Source: an uncultured Bacteroidales bacterium (GTDB taxonomy: Bacteria; Bacteroidota; Bacteroidia; Bacteroidales; FEN-979). Taken from it: a DNA stretch of 64,000 nucleotides. This document shows, piece after piece, positions 29,108 to 40,323 of the stretch. Position 1 is the stretch's first letter. Every line of letters begins with the position of its first letter. Below the pieces are notes generated by a model, which ran no database searches, was not told the DNA's origin, and saw nothing but the letters and a program-made list of their open reading frames with translations. The position numbers and the translations under genes are program-made. The DNA is taken from NCBI GenBank assembly GCA_903845055.1, contig CAIMWF010000147.1, positions 12,182 through 76,181 on the forward strand, read 5' to 3'.

Positions 29108-31921
29108 CTATCCGAGTTTTTCCTGCAGATAGCCGGCAGTATAGGAATCTTTGACCTTCAGGAGACCTTCGGGAGTGCCTTCAAAAACAAGGTTGCCGCC
29201 TTCATCACCGCCCTCGGGGCCCAGCTCGATCACCCAGTCGGCGCTCTTGATCACCTCCAGGTTGTGCTCGACCACCAGGATGCTGTGGCCGTTGGCGATG
29301 AGCGATTCAAAGGCGATGAGGAGCTTGTGGATGTCGTGGACATGGAGACCCGTGGTCGGCTCGTCGAAAATAAAGAGGGTCGGCTTTTCGCTGGTTCCCT
29401 TTGAGAGAAAAAACGCAAGCTTGATGCGCTGTGCCTCGCCCCCCGAAAGGGTGCTCGAAGACTGTCCCAGCCGGAGGTATCCCAGGCCGACATCCTGAAG
29501 CGGTTTCAGTTTCGCCAGGATATGCTTTTCGTGGGCGGTGGGCTTCGTGGTTTTCTGGAAAAACTCCATGGCCTCATCCACGGTCATGTTCAGGATATCG
29601 ACGATCGATTTCTCACAGTATTTCACGTCGAGCACCTCCTCCTTGAAGCGGTTCCCCTTGCAGCTCTCGCAGGGCAGGAACAGATCGGCCATGAACTGCA
29701 TTTCAATTTTAACCACGCCTTCCCCTTCGCATTCGTCGCAGCGCCCTCCCTCGATGTTGAAGGAAAAATAACCGGGCTTGTAGCCCCTTACACGGGCCAG
29801 CTGCTGGTCGGCGTATAGATCGCGGATTTCGTCGAAGGCCTTAATGTAAGTCGCCGGGTTTGAACGTGAGGAGCGGCCGATCGGGTTCTGGTCGATCATC
29901 TCCACCGATCCGATGCGGTTGTAATCCCCCTCGAGCCGATCAAATTTCCCGGTCTTCTCGCCGTAGCCACCCAGGATCTTTTTCAGGGCAGGGTAGAGGA
30001 TCCTTTTGATAAGGGAGGTTTTCCCGGAACCGCTCACCCCGGTGATCACCGTGAATATGTGCAGCGGGACCTTTACGTCTATGTTTTTCAGGTTGTTTTC
30101 GCGTGCCCCCAAAATTCCAATAGACTCAAGCCATTTCCGCCTTACAGCAGGCACCTCGATGGAGCGGATGTGGTTGAGGTATTGGCCGGTCAGGCTCCGT
30201 GTATCTTTGTTCAGCGTTCTGAAATCGCCCTGGAAAACGATCTCTCCCCCCTGGTGACCGGCCATGGGGCCGATGTCGATGATCTGGTCGGCCGCCCGGA
30301 TGATCTCCTCGTCATGTTCAACCACGATGACTGTGTTGCCAAGGTCGCGCAGCCTCAGCAATACCTTGATCAAACGCTGGGTGTCGCGCGAATGGAGCCC
30401 GATGCTGGGTTCGTCGAGGATATACATCGACCCGACCAGGTTGCTCCCCAGCGAGGTTGCCAGGTTGATCCGCTGCGATTCGCCGCCTGAGAGGGTCGAC
30501 GAAAGCCGGTTGAGTGTGAGGTAACCGAGTCCGACATCGTTCAGCACATCGAGCCGGTTGTTGATCTCCAGCACCAGGCGTTTTGAAACCGCTAGTTCAT
30601 AACCCGTGAGTTGCAGGTCGCGGCAAAAGGTGGTGAGCCCCGTGAGTGGCATCAGGACCAGTTCGCTGATCGATTTCCCGCTGACCTTCACATAAGAAGC
30701 ATCCTTGCGGAGGCGCGTGCCTTTGCATTCGGGGCAAACCGTTTTTCCGCGGTACCGCGACATCATCACCCGGTACTGCACTTTGTAATTCTGGCTTTCG
30801 ATGTATTCGAAGAATTCATTCAGCCCCTTGAAATACGCATTGCCGGTCCATATAAGTTCGTTCTGGGCAGGGGTGAGTTCGTATATGGGTTTGTGGACGG
30901 GGAAATCGAATTTATAGGCGTTTACCAGCAGTTCATTTTTCCATTCGCTCATCTTTTCTCCCCGCCAGCAGGCAACAGCCTCTTCGTAGACCGACATCCG
31001 CTTGTTGGGGATCACCAGGTCCTCATCGATGCCGATTACGCTGCCAAACCCTTCGCAGGCCTTGCAGGCACCATAGGGGTTGTTGAAGCTGAAGAGATTC
31101 TCGGTGGGCTCCTCGAAAACGATGCCATCGGCCTCAAACCGGTTGTTGTAAACGACTCTGTTCTTTACATCCCCAGTGGTTTCGACCATGCAGGAGCCGT
31201 GGCTTTCAAAAAAGGCGGTTTGCACCGAGTCGGCGATCCGGCCGGCCAGTTCTTCGTCGTCGTGAACCACCGTAAAACGGTCGATCAAAACAAAAAGTTC
31301 CTTGAATTTTTTCTTTTTCAGTCCTGAAATCTCATCCAGGCGCACGATCTCGCCGTCGAGCATGATCCTGGTGAATCCCTGCTGCATGAGCACTGTGCAT
31401 TTTGCGGCAAGGTCGCCGTTTTTGGCGGCCAGGTCGAGCGGGGCGAAAATATTGACGCGGGTATTTTCGGGCAGGTCGAGCAGGTGGTCGACGACAGTGG
31501 TCACGGTATCGCGTTTGACCAGGTTTCCCGAAACCGGGGAATAGGTCTTGCCGATGCGGGCATAGAGCAGCTTCAGGTATTCATAGATCTCAGTGGAGGT
31601 CCCGACCGTTGACCGGGGATTGGAGGTATTGACCTTCTGTTCGATGGCAACCGCAGGCGCGATCCCGGTGATCGAGTCGACATCGGGTTTGCTCATGCGC
31701 CCGAGGAACTGCCTGGCATAGGAGCTCAGGCTTTCAACATAGCGCCGCTGTCCCTCCGCATAGAGCGTGTCAAACGCCAGGGAAGATTTTCCTGATCCCG
31801 ATAAACCTGTGATGACCACGAACCTGTTTCGTGGTATGGCAACGGTAATATTTTTAAGATTATTGACCCGTGCGCCTTTGATGATGATATTGTCCCTTGG
31901 GTCGAGTGTGTTTTCGTTCAT
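29108..31921 (-). CDS. uvrA: Excinuclease ABC subunit A
   Basis: [28 protein letters not shown], two ABC cassettes ([16 protein letters not shown]), Zn fingers. Confidence 0.97.
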   Translation of the reverse strand: MNENTLDPRDNIIIKGARVNNLKNITVAIPRNRFVVITGLSGSGKSSLAFDTLYAEGQRRYVESLSSYARQFLGRMSKPDVDSITGIAPAVAIEQKVNTSNPRSTVGTSTEIYEYLKLLYARIGKTYSPVSGNLVKRDTVTTVVDHLLDLPENTRVNIFAPLDLAAKNGDLAAKCTVLMQQGFTRIMLDGEIVRLDEISGLKKKKFKELFVLIDRFTVVHDDEELAGRIADSVQTAFFESHGSCMVETTGDVKNRVVYNNRFEADGIVFEEPTENLFSFNNPYGACKACEGFGSVIGIDEDLVIPNKRMSVYEEAVACWRGEKMSEWKNELLVNAYKFDFPVHKPIYELTPAQNELIWTGNAYFKGLNEFFEYIESQNYKVQYRVMMSRYRGKTVCPECKGTRLRKDASYVKVSGKSISELVLMPLTGLTTFCRDLQLTGYELAVSKRLVLEINNRLDVLNDVGLGYLTLNRLSSTLSGGESQRINLATSLGSNLVGSMYILDEPSIGLHSRDTQRLIKVLLRLRDLGNTVIVVEHDEEIIRAADQIIDIGPMAGHQGGEIVFQGDFRTLNKDTRSLTGQYLNHIRSIEVPAVRRKWLESIGILGARENNLKNIDVKVPLHIFTVITGVSGSGKTSLIKRILYPALKKILGGYGEKTGKFDRLEGDYNRIGSVEMIDQNPIGRSSRSNPATYIKAFDEIRDLYADQQLARVRGYKPGYFSFNIEGGRCDECEGEGVVKIEMQFMADLFLPCESCKGNRFKEEVLDVKYCEKSIVDILNMTVDEAMEFFQKTTKPTAHEKHILAKLKPLQDVGLGYLRLGQSSSTLSGGEAQRIKLAFFLSKGTSEKPTLFIFDEPTTGLHVHDIHKLLIAFESLIANGHSILVVEHNLEVIKSADWVIELGPEGGDEGGNLVFEGTPEGLLKVKDSYTAGYLQEKLG

Positions 31922-32123
31922 GAAATTCGTCCTGCCTTCCTTCAAAGTGGCAAAATTATAAAGAAAACTTGCTTTTTGGATTTTTTTATTTATTTTTGCT
32001 GCAACTAAACCGGGAAAATCCCGTATCAGGAATAAACCAGCGCAGTTAAAACAGGCTGCGCAAAATATAGGAGGGACACTATAGACTAGACTTATACTCT
32101 TTTTTACTTAAAAAGGAGGCCCC

Positions 32124-32708
32124 ATGCAAGCCAATGTCATTAGTGATCAGGATTTGATCGGTAAGTATCTTGCCGGTTATGAGCCAGCCCTCGAAAAACT
32201 CATCCGTCGTCATAAAAACCGCGTCTATGCTTACATCCTTATGGTTGTAAAGGATAAAGAACTGGCGGAGGACCTTTTCCAGGATACATTCATAAAAGTG
32301 ATCAACACCTTCCGTTCCGGTCAGTACAAGGAAGAGGGGAAATTCATACAGTGGGTCATGCGCATCGCGCACAACCTCATCATCGACTATTTCAGGAAGG
32401 CCAAGCGAATCCCCATCGTAGAGAACAACGACGATTACGATATTTTCGACAAGGTGAGGATTCCCGTTGAATCGGTTGAGGAGCAACTGATTACCGAGCA
32501 GATTCACCGCGATGTCAAGAAACTGATCGATTACCTCCCGTCGGAACAGAAGGAGGTGCTCGTCATGCGTCATTACGGTGACATGAGTTTCAAGGATATT
32601 GCCGAAATAACCAACGTGAGCATCAATACCGCACTTGGCCGGATGCGCTACGCGCTCATCAACCTCAGGAAACTGGTTAAGGAAAAGGACATTATTCTTT
32701 CGGTGTAA
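32124..32708 (+). CDS. ECF RNA polymerase sigma-70 factor
   Basis: AEDLFQDTFIKV, WVMRIAHNLIID, MSFKDIAE..VSINTALGRMRYA. Confidence 0.93.
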   Translation: MQANVISDQDLIGKYLAGYEPALEKLIRRHKNRVYAYILMVVKDKELAEDLFQDTFIKVINTFRSGQYKEEGKFIQWVMRIAHNLIIDYFRKAKRIPIVENNDDYDIFDKVRIPVESVEEQLITEQIHRDVKKLIDYLPSEQKEVLVMRHYGDMSFKDIAEITNVSINTALGRMRYALINLRKLVKEKDIILSV

Positions 32709-32821
32709 CCGGTGAATTGATATTGCAAAATCACGGATGATTTTTTTTTCAACAGGTAAAATATTGATCTGTTAATCCCGTTTCTTAGGTATGAATTTCA
32801 TTAATCATCAAAATTTGGCCT

Positions 32822-33016
32822 ATGAAGCGTACTGCTACATTTTATTCTTTGACCAATCTCCATTCCAAGGTCAGCGACCCTGCGGTCGGAAGGCACAGGA
32901 ACAGGAAGGCAGTTTCTCCCAGTGAATCGGTGATCCGCAACCTGCTCAATTACTCAAAAGCACTCACAGTATTACAGACAACTGAAACAGGATACATCAA
33001 CATTGTGATGAACTAA
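32822..33016 (+). CDS. Small hypothetical protein downstream of the sigma gene
   Basis: 64 aa; SPSESVIRNLLNYSKAL..IVMN; followed by a terminator. Confidence 0.65.
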   Translation: MKRTATFYSLTNLHSKVSDPAVGRHRNRKAVSPSESVIRNLLNYSKALTVLQTTETGYINIVMN

Positions 33017-33018
33017 AC

Positions 33019-33047
33019 AAAAAACCCCGCTTTGGCGGGGTTTTTTT
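33019..33047. terminator. Bidirectional intrinsic terminator
   Basis: aaaaaaccccgc-tttg-gcggggttttttt between convergent genes. Confidence 0.85.
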
Positions 33048-33066
33048 ATGCATTTCGATAAAAGTC

Positions 33067-33423
33067 TTAAATCCGTTCTTCCTTGATACGGGCCTTTTTG
33101 CCCTGAAGTCCACGGAGGTAGAAAATACGTGCCCTGCGCACAACACCGTGTTTGTTCACCTCGATTTTATCAATGAAAGGGGAAGTACACGGGAAAATAC
33201 GTTCAACACCGATGTTTCCTGATATTTTCCTGACAGTGAAGGTTTCATTCACTCCCTTGCCTGAACGCTGTAACACCACACCCTGGTATGTCTGGATACG
33301 TTCCTTGTTCCCTTCTTTGATCTTGTAATGAACCGTGATGGTATCTCCAGCTTTGAAAGAAGGTAAGGTAACTTTCTGGATCACTGTGTCCTCGACAAAT
33401 CTGATAATTTCCTCTTTATTCAT
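33067..33423 (-). CDS. rplS: 50S ribosomal protein L19
   Basis: [32 protein letters not shown]. Confidence 0.98.
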   Translation of the reverse strand: MNKEEIIRFVEDTVIQKVTLPSFKAGDTITVHYKIKEGNKERIQTYQGVVLQRSGKGVNETFTVRKISGNIGVERIFPCTSPFIDKIEVNKHGVVRRARIFYLRGLQGKKARIKEERI

Positions 33424-33569
33424 GGCTTTTGGTGTAATTTTGATCAGTTACTCACTAAAAAGTTTGCAAATATATGATTTTTTTCGAAATAAAAAACGCG
33501 GGGCGTAAAAGTAAGGAAGAAAATTCACCCGAACGCTCAACATAAGTCGTGATGCGGGAGATGACAGGC

Positions 33570-34250
33570 TCAAACATCGGGGTTTAGCCCGGGTCTGCGC
33601 TGTTTCGTCCGTTCCACCGACTGTTCGTACTTCCAGCGTGCAATTTCCTTGTCATTTCCCGAAAGCAGGATGTCGGGCACCTGAAGGCCCCTGAAATCAT
33701 AGGGGCGGGTATACACCGGGGGCGATAGAAGATTATCCTGGTATGAATCGGAGAGGGCGGAGGTTTCATCGTTCAGAACGCCGGGCATGAGCCTCACAAT
33801 GGTGTCGGTGAGCACCATGGCGGCCAGTTCTCCACCCGAAAGTACAAATTCTCCGACCGAGATCTCGCGCGTGATAAAGTGGGTACGGATGCGTTCGTCG
33901 ATGCCCTTGTAATGGCCGCAAAGCAGCAGGAGGTTCTGGCTGCCTGAAAGCCGGTTTGCGACCGGCTGGTTGAGCAACTCCCCATCGGGACTCAGATAAA
34001 TGATGTCATCATAAACGGTTTTTGATTTTAGTTCTTCAATACAGGCTACTACTGGCTCAATCATCATCACCATCCCGGCACCCCCGCCATAGGGATAATC
34101 ATCCACGTTCTTATGCTTCGAGGTGGACCAGTCGCGGATGTTGTGCAGCCTGACCGTCAGGAGCCCCTTTGACTGGGCACGTTTCATGATGGAATGGCTG
34201 AAAGGCCCTTCGAACATCTCCGGAAACAACGTCAGGATATCAATCGTCAT
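33570..34250 (-). CDS. trmD: tRNA (guanine-N1)-methyltransferase
   Basis: ILTLFPEMF, VDDYPYGGGAGM, CGHYKGIDER, VLSGGE. Confidence 0.97.
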   Translation of the reverse strand: MTIDILTLFPEMFEGPFSHSIMKRAQSKGLLTVRLHNIRDWSTSKHKNVDDYPYGGGAGMVMMIEPVVACIEELKSKTVYDDIIYLSPDGELLNQPVANRLSGSQNLLLLCGHYKGIDERIRTHFITREISVGEFVLSGGELAAMVLTDTIVRLMPGVLNDETSALSDSYQDNLLSPPVYTRPYDFRGLQVPDILLSGNDKEIARWKYEQSVERTKQRRPGLNPDV

Positions 34251-34263
34251 ATTTTTTTTAATT

Positions 34264-34312
34264 TTCGCTACCTCGCTATTTCGCTACCTCGCTACCTCGC
34301 CACCTCGCTACC
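34264..34312. repeat. Octamer tandem repeat (TCGCTACC)x~6
   Basis: Seen directly; fills the trmD/MBL intergenic gap. Confidence 0.8.
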
Positions 34313-34316
34313 TTTT

Positions 34317-35102
34317 TTATACCTCCACCACCAACCCGTCATACGCCAGCCTGATAAAACCGGGAAGTTTTTTGTTTACCTCTTCATGCAAACCGACAAA
34401 ATGGCTCAGGTGGGTAAGGTAAGCCACTTCAGGTTTCAGGTATTTCAGGATTTCAACTGCTTCATTGACTGAAAAATGGGACACATGTTTAGAATTTCGC
34501 AGGGCATTCAGTACGACCACCCGCGAACCCTTGATTTTATCCATTTCAGCATCACTGATGAAGCTGGCATCGGTAATATAGGTGAAATCGCCCACCCTGA
34601 ATCCCGTCACCGGCAGCTTTTCATGCAGCACCATGATGGGTGTGAACTCTGTATCGAGGATCGTGAATTTCCGGTCATCGATCGGGTGGATGGTCAGCTG
34701 GGGAGCCCCGAAATACCTGCTTGAGGAGAAAATGTACGGGAACTCGATCCGGATCGCCTCCATGACCTGGTCGGATCCGTAAATGTCAATCTTTTTATTC
34801 AGGACATAGTTGAACGCTCTTACATCGTCAAGCCCGGCAATATGGTCCCGGTGCTCGTGGGTGAAGATCACGGCATCGAGGTTCATCACCTGCTGGCGCA
34901 GCATCTGGTGGCGGAAATCGGGGCCGCAGTCGATCACGAAGGTATGCCCGTTCACCTCGATCATTGCGGAGGTGCGGGTCCGCTTGTCGCGCTGGTCGGT
35001 CGATACGCAAACCGGGCAGTCGCAGGTAATCACAGGCACTCCGATCGAGGTACCTGTACCCAGGAAGGTGACTTTAAGCCGGTTGTTTGTGGTTTCTGAC
35101 AT
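34317..35102 (-). CDS. MBL-fold metallo-hydrolase (PhnP-like)
   Basis: FLGTGTSIGVP..CDC.VC, IDCGPDFR, THEHRDH, YITD, THLSH. Confidence 0.9.
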   Translation of the reverse strand: MSETTNNRLKVTFLGTGTSIGVPVITCDCPVCVSTDQRDKRTRTSAMIEVNGHTFVIDCGPDFRHQMLRQQVMNLDAVIFTHEHRDHIAGLDDVRAFNYVLNKKIDIYGSDQVMEAIRIEFPYIFSSSRYFGAPQLTIHPIDDRKFTILDTEFTPIMVLHEKLPVTGFRVGDFTYITDASFISDAEMDKIKGSRVVVLNALRNSKHVSHFSVNEAVEILKYLKPEVAYLTHLSHFVGLHEEVNKKLPGFIRLAYDGLVVEV

Positions 35103-36031
35103 CAGAAAATGAGTTCATCCACCTGGTTGCGGTCGATGGTAAGTTGTTTTTTCAGTTCTTCCGTCGTGGTAAGGATGCGCTCCTCCCTGATCCGCTTGTG
35201 AAAAAGCAGGGTGACGATCTCCCCTTCGATGGTCCCGTAACTTTCCAGCAGATGAACCTCAACAAGCGTGTCGATGGGACTCTCCTCATTCTTCCGGATA
35301 AAGCACATGGCCCGTGAGAAGCTGTCCTGGCCAATCACGGTTACGGCATACACCCCATTGGGGGGTACCAGTTTGCAATCTTCCTCTATGCGTATGTTGT
35401 AGCAGGGAAACCCGATTTCCTCCAGTGTCTGGCTGCTTTTCTGGGCCAGTCCCATTAAGATGTACTGGTGGTCGAGGTAGGCGTTTGCCTTCTGGATATT
35501 CCCATCCTGGATGGCCTTCCTGATTTTTGTCGAACTCACCGATTCGTTGTGGATATCCTGTTCGGGAATCTCTTCCACCTCGAAATTATTTTCACTCCCA
35601 AGGGCGCGCAATGCCTCGAAATCGCCTTCACGGTTGTGGCCGAAATGGTGGTTGAAACCGATGACGATCTTTCTTGCATGAAGTTTGTTCAGCAGGATGT
35701 TCCTGACAAAGTCGACCGAAGTGATTTTCGAAAACTCCAGGGTGAAGGTAACGATGACCAGGTTGTCGAGCCCGGCTTTCTGCAGCAGGCTTATCTTCTC
35801 CCGCTGGGAATTGATCAGGAAGAGCCCTTTGCCGGCCGTTTCGGGGTAAAGTACTTTGCGCGGATGGGGGTGGAAGGTGATCAGAACTGTTTCACCTCCG
35901 ATTTCGGCGGCAAGTTTTTTCAGCCGCTGGAGAATCACCTTGTGGCCGATATGCACGCCATCAAACGACCCTGTGGTTACAACCGCGTTACGGATCGTCC
36001 CGACATGGTCAAAATCATAAAATATTTTCAC
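35102..36031 (-). CDS. ribF: RibF-like FMN adenylyltransferase with a degenerate riboflavin-kinase domain
   Basis: GSFDGVHIGH, TFHPHP, GFNHHFG, VSSTKIR; the kinase motif GFPTAN reads GFPCYN. Confidence 0.8.
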   Translation of the reverse strand: MKIFYDFDHVGTIRNAVVTTGSFDGVHIGHKVILQRLKKLAAEIGGETVLITFHPHPRKVLYPETAGKGLFLINSQREKISLLQKAGLDNLVIVTFTLEFSKITSVDFVRNILLNKLHARKIVIGFNHHFGHNREGDFEALRALGSENNFEVEEIPEQDIHNESVSSTKIRKAIQDGNIQKANAYLDHQYILMGLAQKSSQTLEEIGFPCYNIRIEEDCKLVPPNGVYAVTVIGQDSFSRAMCFIRKNEESPIDTLVEVHLLESYGTIEGEIVTLLFHKRIREERILTTTEELKKQLTIDRNQVDELIF

Positions 36032-36042
36032 CTTGGTCCTCT

Positions 36043-36684
36043 CTACTTAAACCGTTCGTCATTCTTTTTCGCGAAAAAGGCTACCTTTTCAAGCGAGGTG
36101 ATCATATCATACTCCTCCAGGTAAACGAACGGCGGAACATTCAGCGGCTTCGGTGTAAAATTCAGGATCCCCTTGATGCCTGCAAGTACCAGTATTTCAG
36201 CGCTTTCAGGTGCCTGTTCGGCCGGAACGGCAATGATCCCGATGGAGATGTTGTTCTGTTTGATGATCTCCGCCATCTGGCTGGTGTGATAACACGCAAC
36301 CCCGTCGTAAACACGGTTTATTTTTTCGGGATTGATGTCGAAAGCGGCAATGATGGCCAGTTTCGAACGTTTCCCCTTGAAATAGCTGATGATGGCTTTC
36401 CCGAGATTTCCCAATCCCAGGACAGCCACCCGCTGCCCGCGCTCCGAATCAATGATCTTCCCGATCAGTTCAATCAGTTCCTTGATATCGTAACCTTTCC
36501 GGAGATTGCCGGAATAGCCGATCAGCATCAGGTCGCGGCGCACCTGGACAGGTGTTATGTGAAGCATCTGGGCGATCTCGTGTGAGAAAACATGGGTCTT
36601 CTCTTTCGAAAGGATCATCAGTAAGGCGCGGCGATACTGGCTTAAACGCTCAACCGTTTTATGGGGCAAATTTTTTATAAACAT
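36043..36684 (-). CDS. rex: Redox-sensing transcriptional repressor Rex
   Basis: LPHKTVERLSQY, QVRRDL..GY, GLGNLGKAI, GIKGILNF. Confidence 0.95.
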   Translation of the reverse strand: MFIKNLPHKTVERLSQYRRALLMILSKEKTHVFSHEIAQMLHITPVQVRRDLMLIGYSGNLRKGYDIKELIELIGKIIDSERGQRVAVLGLGNLGKAIISYFKGKRSKLAIIAAFDINPEKINRVYDGVACYHTSQMAEIIKQNNISIGIIAVPAEQAPESAEILVLAGIKGILNFTPKPLNVPPFVYLEEYDMITSLEKVAFFAKKNDERFK

Positions 36685-37808
36685 GGTTTATCAATTGGAA
36701 GTCTGACAATAAATGTACTACCCGAGTCCGGGATGCTGCTTACTTCGATTTTCCCTGAATAATTGTCAATCAGTTTCCTGACGATGGAAAGCCCGAGGCC
36801 GCTCCCGGTTATATTTTTGGTTTTATCATTCTTGATCCTTACAAAGTCATCGAAAATTCTATCGGTTTCAACGGAGGTCATCCCGATACCTGTGTCCACA
36901 ACCCCTATTTCGAGGGTACCGTCACCCAGGACCAGGGTCGTATCAACGGATCCCCCGTCCTTGTTGTACTTTATAGCGTTGGATATCAGGTTATTGAATA
37001 TGATTTCCATCTCTTCTGCATCGGCCTGGATGACAACAGGGCCCTGGTGATGAAGATTCATCTTCACATCGCGCTGGATGGCATAGGGGCGCATGGTATC
37101 CATGGCCGTCCGGGCCACCATGACGAGGTCAACGTCGGTGATGTTCCTTTTTGCTTTCCCTGATTCAACGCGGGTAAGGTCCAGCAGGTCGAGGATCAGG
37201 CTGCGCATCCCCTTGATCCTGTCGAGCGAACGGTCGATCATGACGTCGTAGTCCTCTAACCTGGTTCCGTTCTGACGCTCGCGTATCATCCTCAGGTAGC
37301 CTTCGATGGCATTGAGGGGTGCCTTGAGTTCATGCGATAAAACCGAAAGGAAGGTAAACCGGATCTGTTTGCCGGTATCCTGCAGTTTGTTGGTCATCTT
37401 TTTCAGAAACACCCGCTTGGTGATGTTCTCGATGGAAGACTTAAGCTCCTGGGGGGTAAAAGGCTTTGGAATAAAATCGTAAGCGCCGTCGCTGGTGGCC
37501 TTAACAGCGAGTTCGAGAGAGGCGTAGGAGGTGATCATGACGACAATGATGTTCTTTTGCTTCTTCTTGATGTATTCCAGCACTTCAACCCCCTGGATGC
37601 CGGGCAGTTTGTTGTCGAGCAAAAGGATATCCGGTTCATTTGATTCGATGATCTCGATCCCGGCTTCACCGGTAGGAGCCTCGATCACGTCGAATTCAAA
37701 GGCTTCATCCATGAAGGGGTAATCAACCCGGAAATTCCGCAGGATACGGGTAATGCCGCTCCTGATGCCGGGTTCGTCATCGACGACGAGAATTTTTAGT
37801 GTTGACAT
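36675..37808 (-). CDS. Cytoplasmic hybrid receiver-histidine kinase
   Basis: N-terminal REC (VVDDE, LLDNKLP, KPF), HisKA SHELKAPL, NLISNAIKY, DTGIG, GSGLGL. Confidence 0.92.
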   Translation of the reverse strand: MSTLKILVVDDEPGIRSGITRILRNFRVDYPFMDEAFEFDVIEAPTGEAGIEIIESNEPDILLLDNKLPGIQGVEVLEYIKKKQKNIIVVMITSYASLELAVKATSDGAYDFIPKPFTPQELKSSIENITKRVFLKKMTNKLQDTGKQIRFTFLSVLSHELKAPLNAIEGYLRMIRERQNGTRLEDYDVMIDRSLDRIKGMRSLILDLLDLTRVESGKAKRNITDVDLVMVARTAMDTMRPYAIQRDVKMNLHHQGPVVIQADAEEMEIIFNNLISNAIKYNKDGGSVDTTLVLGDGTLEIGVVDTGIGMTSVETDRIFDDFVRIKNDKTKNITGSGLGLSIVRKLIDNYSGKIEVSSIPDSGSTFIVRLPIDKPCL

Positions 37809-37855
37809 ATAATTATTTCACTTCAAAAATAACGGAAAAATCAGTTAACAATACA

Positions 37856-38260
37856 TCAATTGTTATTTTTTAACAGTAAATTTTCAATCTCCTCTTTCAG
37901 CCGTTCCGAGCGGATTCCCTTGTCGAGAAAGCGATCAGCCTTGATCCATTTCCTGTTATTTTCATCGTTGATATCAAAACTGATTCCTGTTTCGGCAGTA
38001 ACACCGGTTGCAATGATGATCGGAACACCCGGATATTTCTTTTTCATTTTATAGCAAAGGATAAATCCACTGTCCTCGTTCTCCATCATCAGGTCGAGGA
38101 TGGCCAGGTCGGGCCTGGTCTTTTCCAGGATTTCCTCAGCTTCCTTCTGGCTTTCGGCAACAATCGTCTTAAAACCGAATTTCTGCACTTTCGCCTGGAG
38201 CTGGAAAAGATAATCCTGGTCATCATCAACGATCAGGATGGTGTAATTTGCTGGTTTCAT
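37856..38260 (-). CDS. Single-domain response regulator
   Basis: IVDDD, LDLMME; no output domain. Confidence 0.88.
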   Translation of the reverse strand: MKPANYTILIVDDDQDYLFQLQAKVQKFGFKTIVAESQKEAEEILEKTRPDLAILDLMMENEDSGFILCYKMKKKYPGVPIIIATGVTAETGISFDINDENNRKWIKADRFLDKGIRSERLKEEIENLLLKNNN

Positions 38261-38337
38261 ATTTTGATTTTATTTCTCAAAGTCAAGCTAAATTCTGCGG
38301 ATTGCCTGCGGCCCGGTTCTGCCATATCACTTCCATC

Positions 38338-40323
38338 TTATGCCCTTCCCCTGGGTACCGTGATCAGGAAAGTTGTTCCTGTCGGTCCTTCGGCAGGATC
38401 GGCGTTGGAGGATACCTGGATCTTCCCCTTGTGCATTTTAACAATCCCGTATATAAGCGCGAGCCCGAGCCCGGTTCCTTTTCCCATCTCCTTGGTGGTA
38501 AAAAACGGTGTAAAGAGCTTGTCCATGTTCTCCTTCAGAATTCCGCTGCCGGAGTCCGATACCGTAAAAACAATTTCGTCAGGGGTGCCTTCAACGCCAA
38601 CCTTGAGTTCACCACCGCCAGGCATGGCTTCAATGGCATTCTTTTCAAGGTTGGTGAGTACCTGCATCATCTGGTCGATGTCGAGCCATGCCACCGGATC
38701 GGAAATTTCCGACGATACCGAGAATGTGATGTTCTCCGGCTTTACGATCGAGTTAAGGCTGTGCTGCATGAATTTTACCACATCGGTTTCAGAGCGGTTC
38801 ACCTGGTTCTTGCGTGCAAAATTGAGCAGTCCGCTGACAATTTTCTTGCACCGTTCGGCCTGTTCCACGATCAGCTGGAGATCCTCCCGAACGCTGTCGC
38901 CCTCAGGGGCCTCATCCATCAGGATGTTGCTGTACATCGTGATAACCCCCAGGGGGTTGTTTAGTTCGTGTGCGATCCCCGCCGAGAGCTGCCCCATGTG
39001 GGCAAGTTTTTCCGACTGTTTCAGCGCCGCTTTCGCCTTCGCGAGTTTTTCGTTCGATACATTCAGGTTCCCGATGGAGTCGTGCAATTTTTCGATGGTA
39101 TAAGGCAGGCACATCTCGGTTTCGGCAAGTCCGTTCACAATGGCGCTGGCATGATCCACACAGGTGTTGTAGCCGCAAGCACCGCAGTTTAGATGGTCCT
39201 GCGGGGAGAATTTTCCCATGGAGTGCAGCGCTTTCAGCACCTCCTCGTTCGTCGGCGGTTCAAGCCGCCGGTCCTCCGGCGTGAAACTTTGTGAAAGATC
39301 CAGTCTCCCGTAGGTTTGCATTTCACCTTCCCATCTTTCCACATCGTTGTTCCTGAGTTTGTTGCTGACATATTCGCCTACGGCGGCACTGCGCGCGAAA
39401 CGCTTGCCGCCGGGTGATGTCCCCGGACCCATAATGCATCCCTCGCAACAGAGGAGCATCAGGTGTTTTTTCCTGATGTAACCCTCCTCGAACTCCCTGA
39501 TGGCCTCTTTGAAATTGACTTGTCCTTCGGCGATGATAACGTGTTCTTCGGGGATCGATTCCTGGTTGTTGGCGGTATAATAGAGCCCGCGGCTGATGGG
39601 AAAGATGGCGCCTTTGCCGCTGTGGGGCGGATCAAAGTCGGACGCTTCGGTGCTTTCTGCGCGGATGTTCAGTTTGTCGAACATCTCTCTCAGCTCAACA
39701 AAGGTGAGGACTTCGTCCACCTCGTCGGTTTCGGCTTTTTTAGCAAAACAGGGTCCAATGAAGACCACCTTCAGGTCCTTCCCGTGTTTTTCCTTCATCA
39801 CCCGGGTCATGGCAACCATGGGGGAGGCAATGGGCACAAGATAGGGGACCATGTCGGGATGGTAATGCCTGATAAAATAAACGATGGCGGGACAGTCGGA
39901 GGAAATATCCCCTTCAAAACCGCCCTCCTTGATCTTTTTCTCATATTCGCGGGCGACGATGTCGGCCCCGAAGGAGACCTCCGTGACGTAATCGAATCCC
40001 AGTTTCCGGATCATTCCCACCAGTTTCCGGTGGTCGGTAATTTCATCAAATTCGGCCGGGAAACTGGGAGCGATGCAGGCTGCGATGGTGCTGTCGGATT
40101 TCAGCAATGCGAGCACCGAATCTACCGAACGCAGCGGGATCTTGGCCCCCTGGCTGCATACCTTCACACAATTGCCGCAACCTATGCAGCGGTCGTTGAT
40201 CACTTCGGCCTGACCGTTGATAATCTTGATGGCCTTTACCGGGCATTCCCTGACACAGGTAAAACAGACCCTGCACCGGTCCTTGAGGGTGAATACCAGC
40301 TGCCGGTTGTAGGAGTGGCTCAT
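38338..40323 (-). CDS. Sensory [FeFe]-hydrogenase-histidine kinase fusion (group C1-like)
   Basis: 2x[4Fe-4S]; H-domain SSDCP / GPCFAKKAE / LLCCEGCIMG; FeS domain CGACGY..C..C; HisKA AHELNNPL; HATPase GTGLGL. Confidence 0.9.
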   Translation of the reverse strand: MSHSYNRQLVFTLKDRCRVCFTCVRECPVKAIKIINGQAEVINDRCIGCGNCVKVCSQGAKIPLRSVDSVLALLKSDSTIAACIAPSFPAEFDEITDHRKLVGMIRKLGFDYVTEVSFGADIVAREYEKKIKEGGFEGDISSDCPAIVYFIRHYHPDMVPYLVPIASPMVAMTRVMKEKHGKDLKVVFIGPCFAKKAETDEVDEVLTFVELREMFDKLNIRAESTEASDFDPPHSGKGAIFPISRGLYYTANNQESIPEEHVIIAEGQVNFKEAIREFEEGYIRKKHLMLLCCEGCIMGPGTSPGGKRFARSAAVGEYVSNKLRNNDVERWEGEMQTYGRLDLSQSFTPEDRRLEPPTNEEVLKALHSMGKFSPQDHLNCGACGYNTCVDHASAIVNGLAETEMCLPYTIEKLHDSIGNLNVSNEKLAKAKAALKQSEKLAHMGQLSAGIAHELNNPLGVITMYSNILMDEAPEGDSVREDLQLIVEQAERCKKIVSGLLNFARKNQVNRSETDVVKFMQHSLNSIVKPENITFSVSSEISDPVAWLDIDQMMQVLTNLEKNAIEAMPGGGELKVGVEGTPDEIVFTVSDSGSGILKENMDKLFTPFFTTKEMGKGTGLGLALIYGIVKMHKGKIQVSSNADPAEGPTGTTFLITVPRGRA

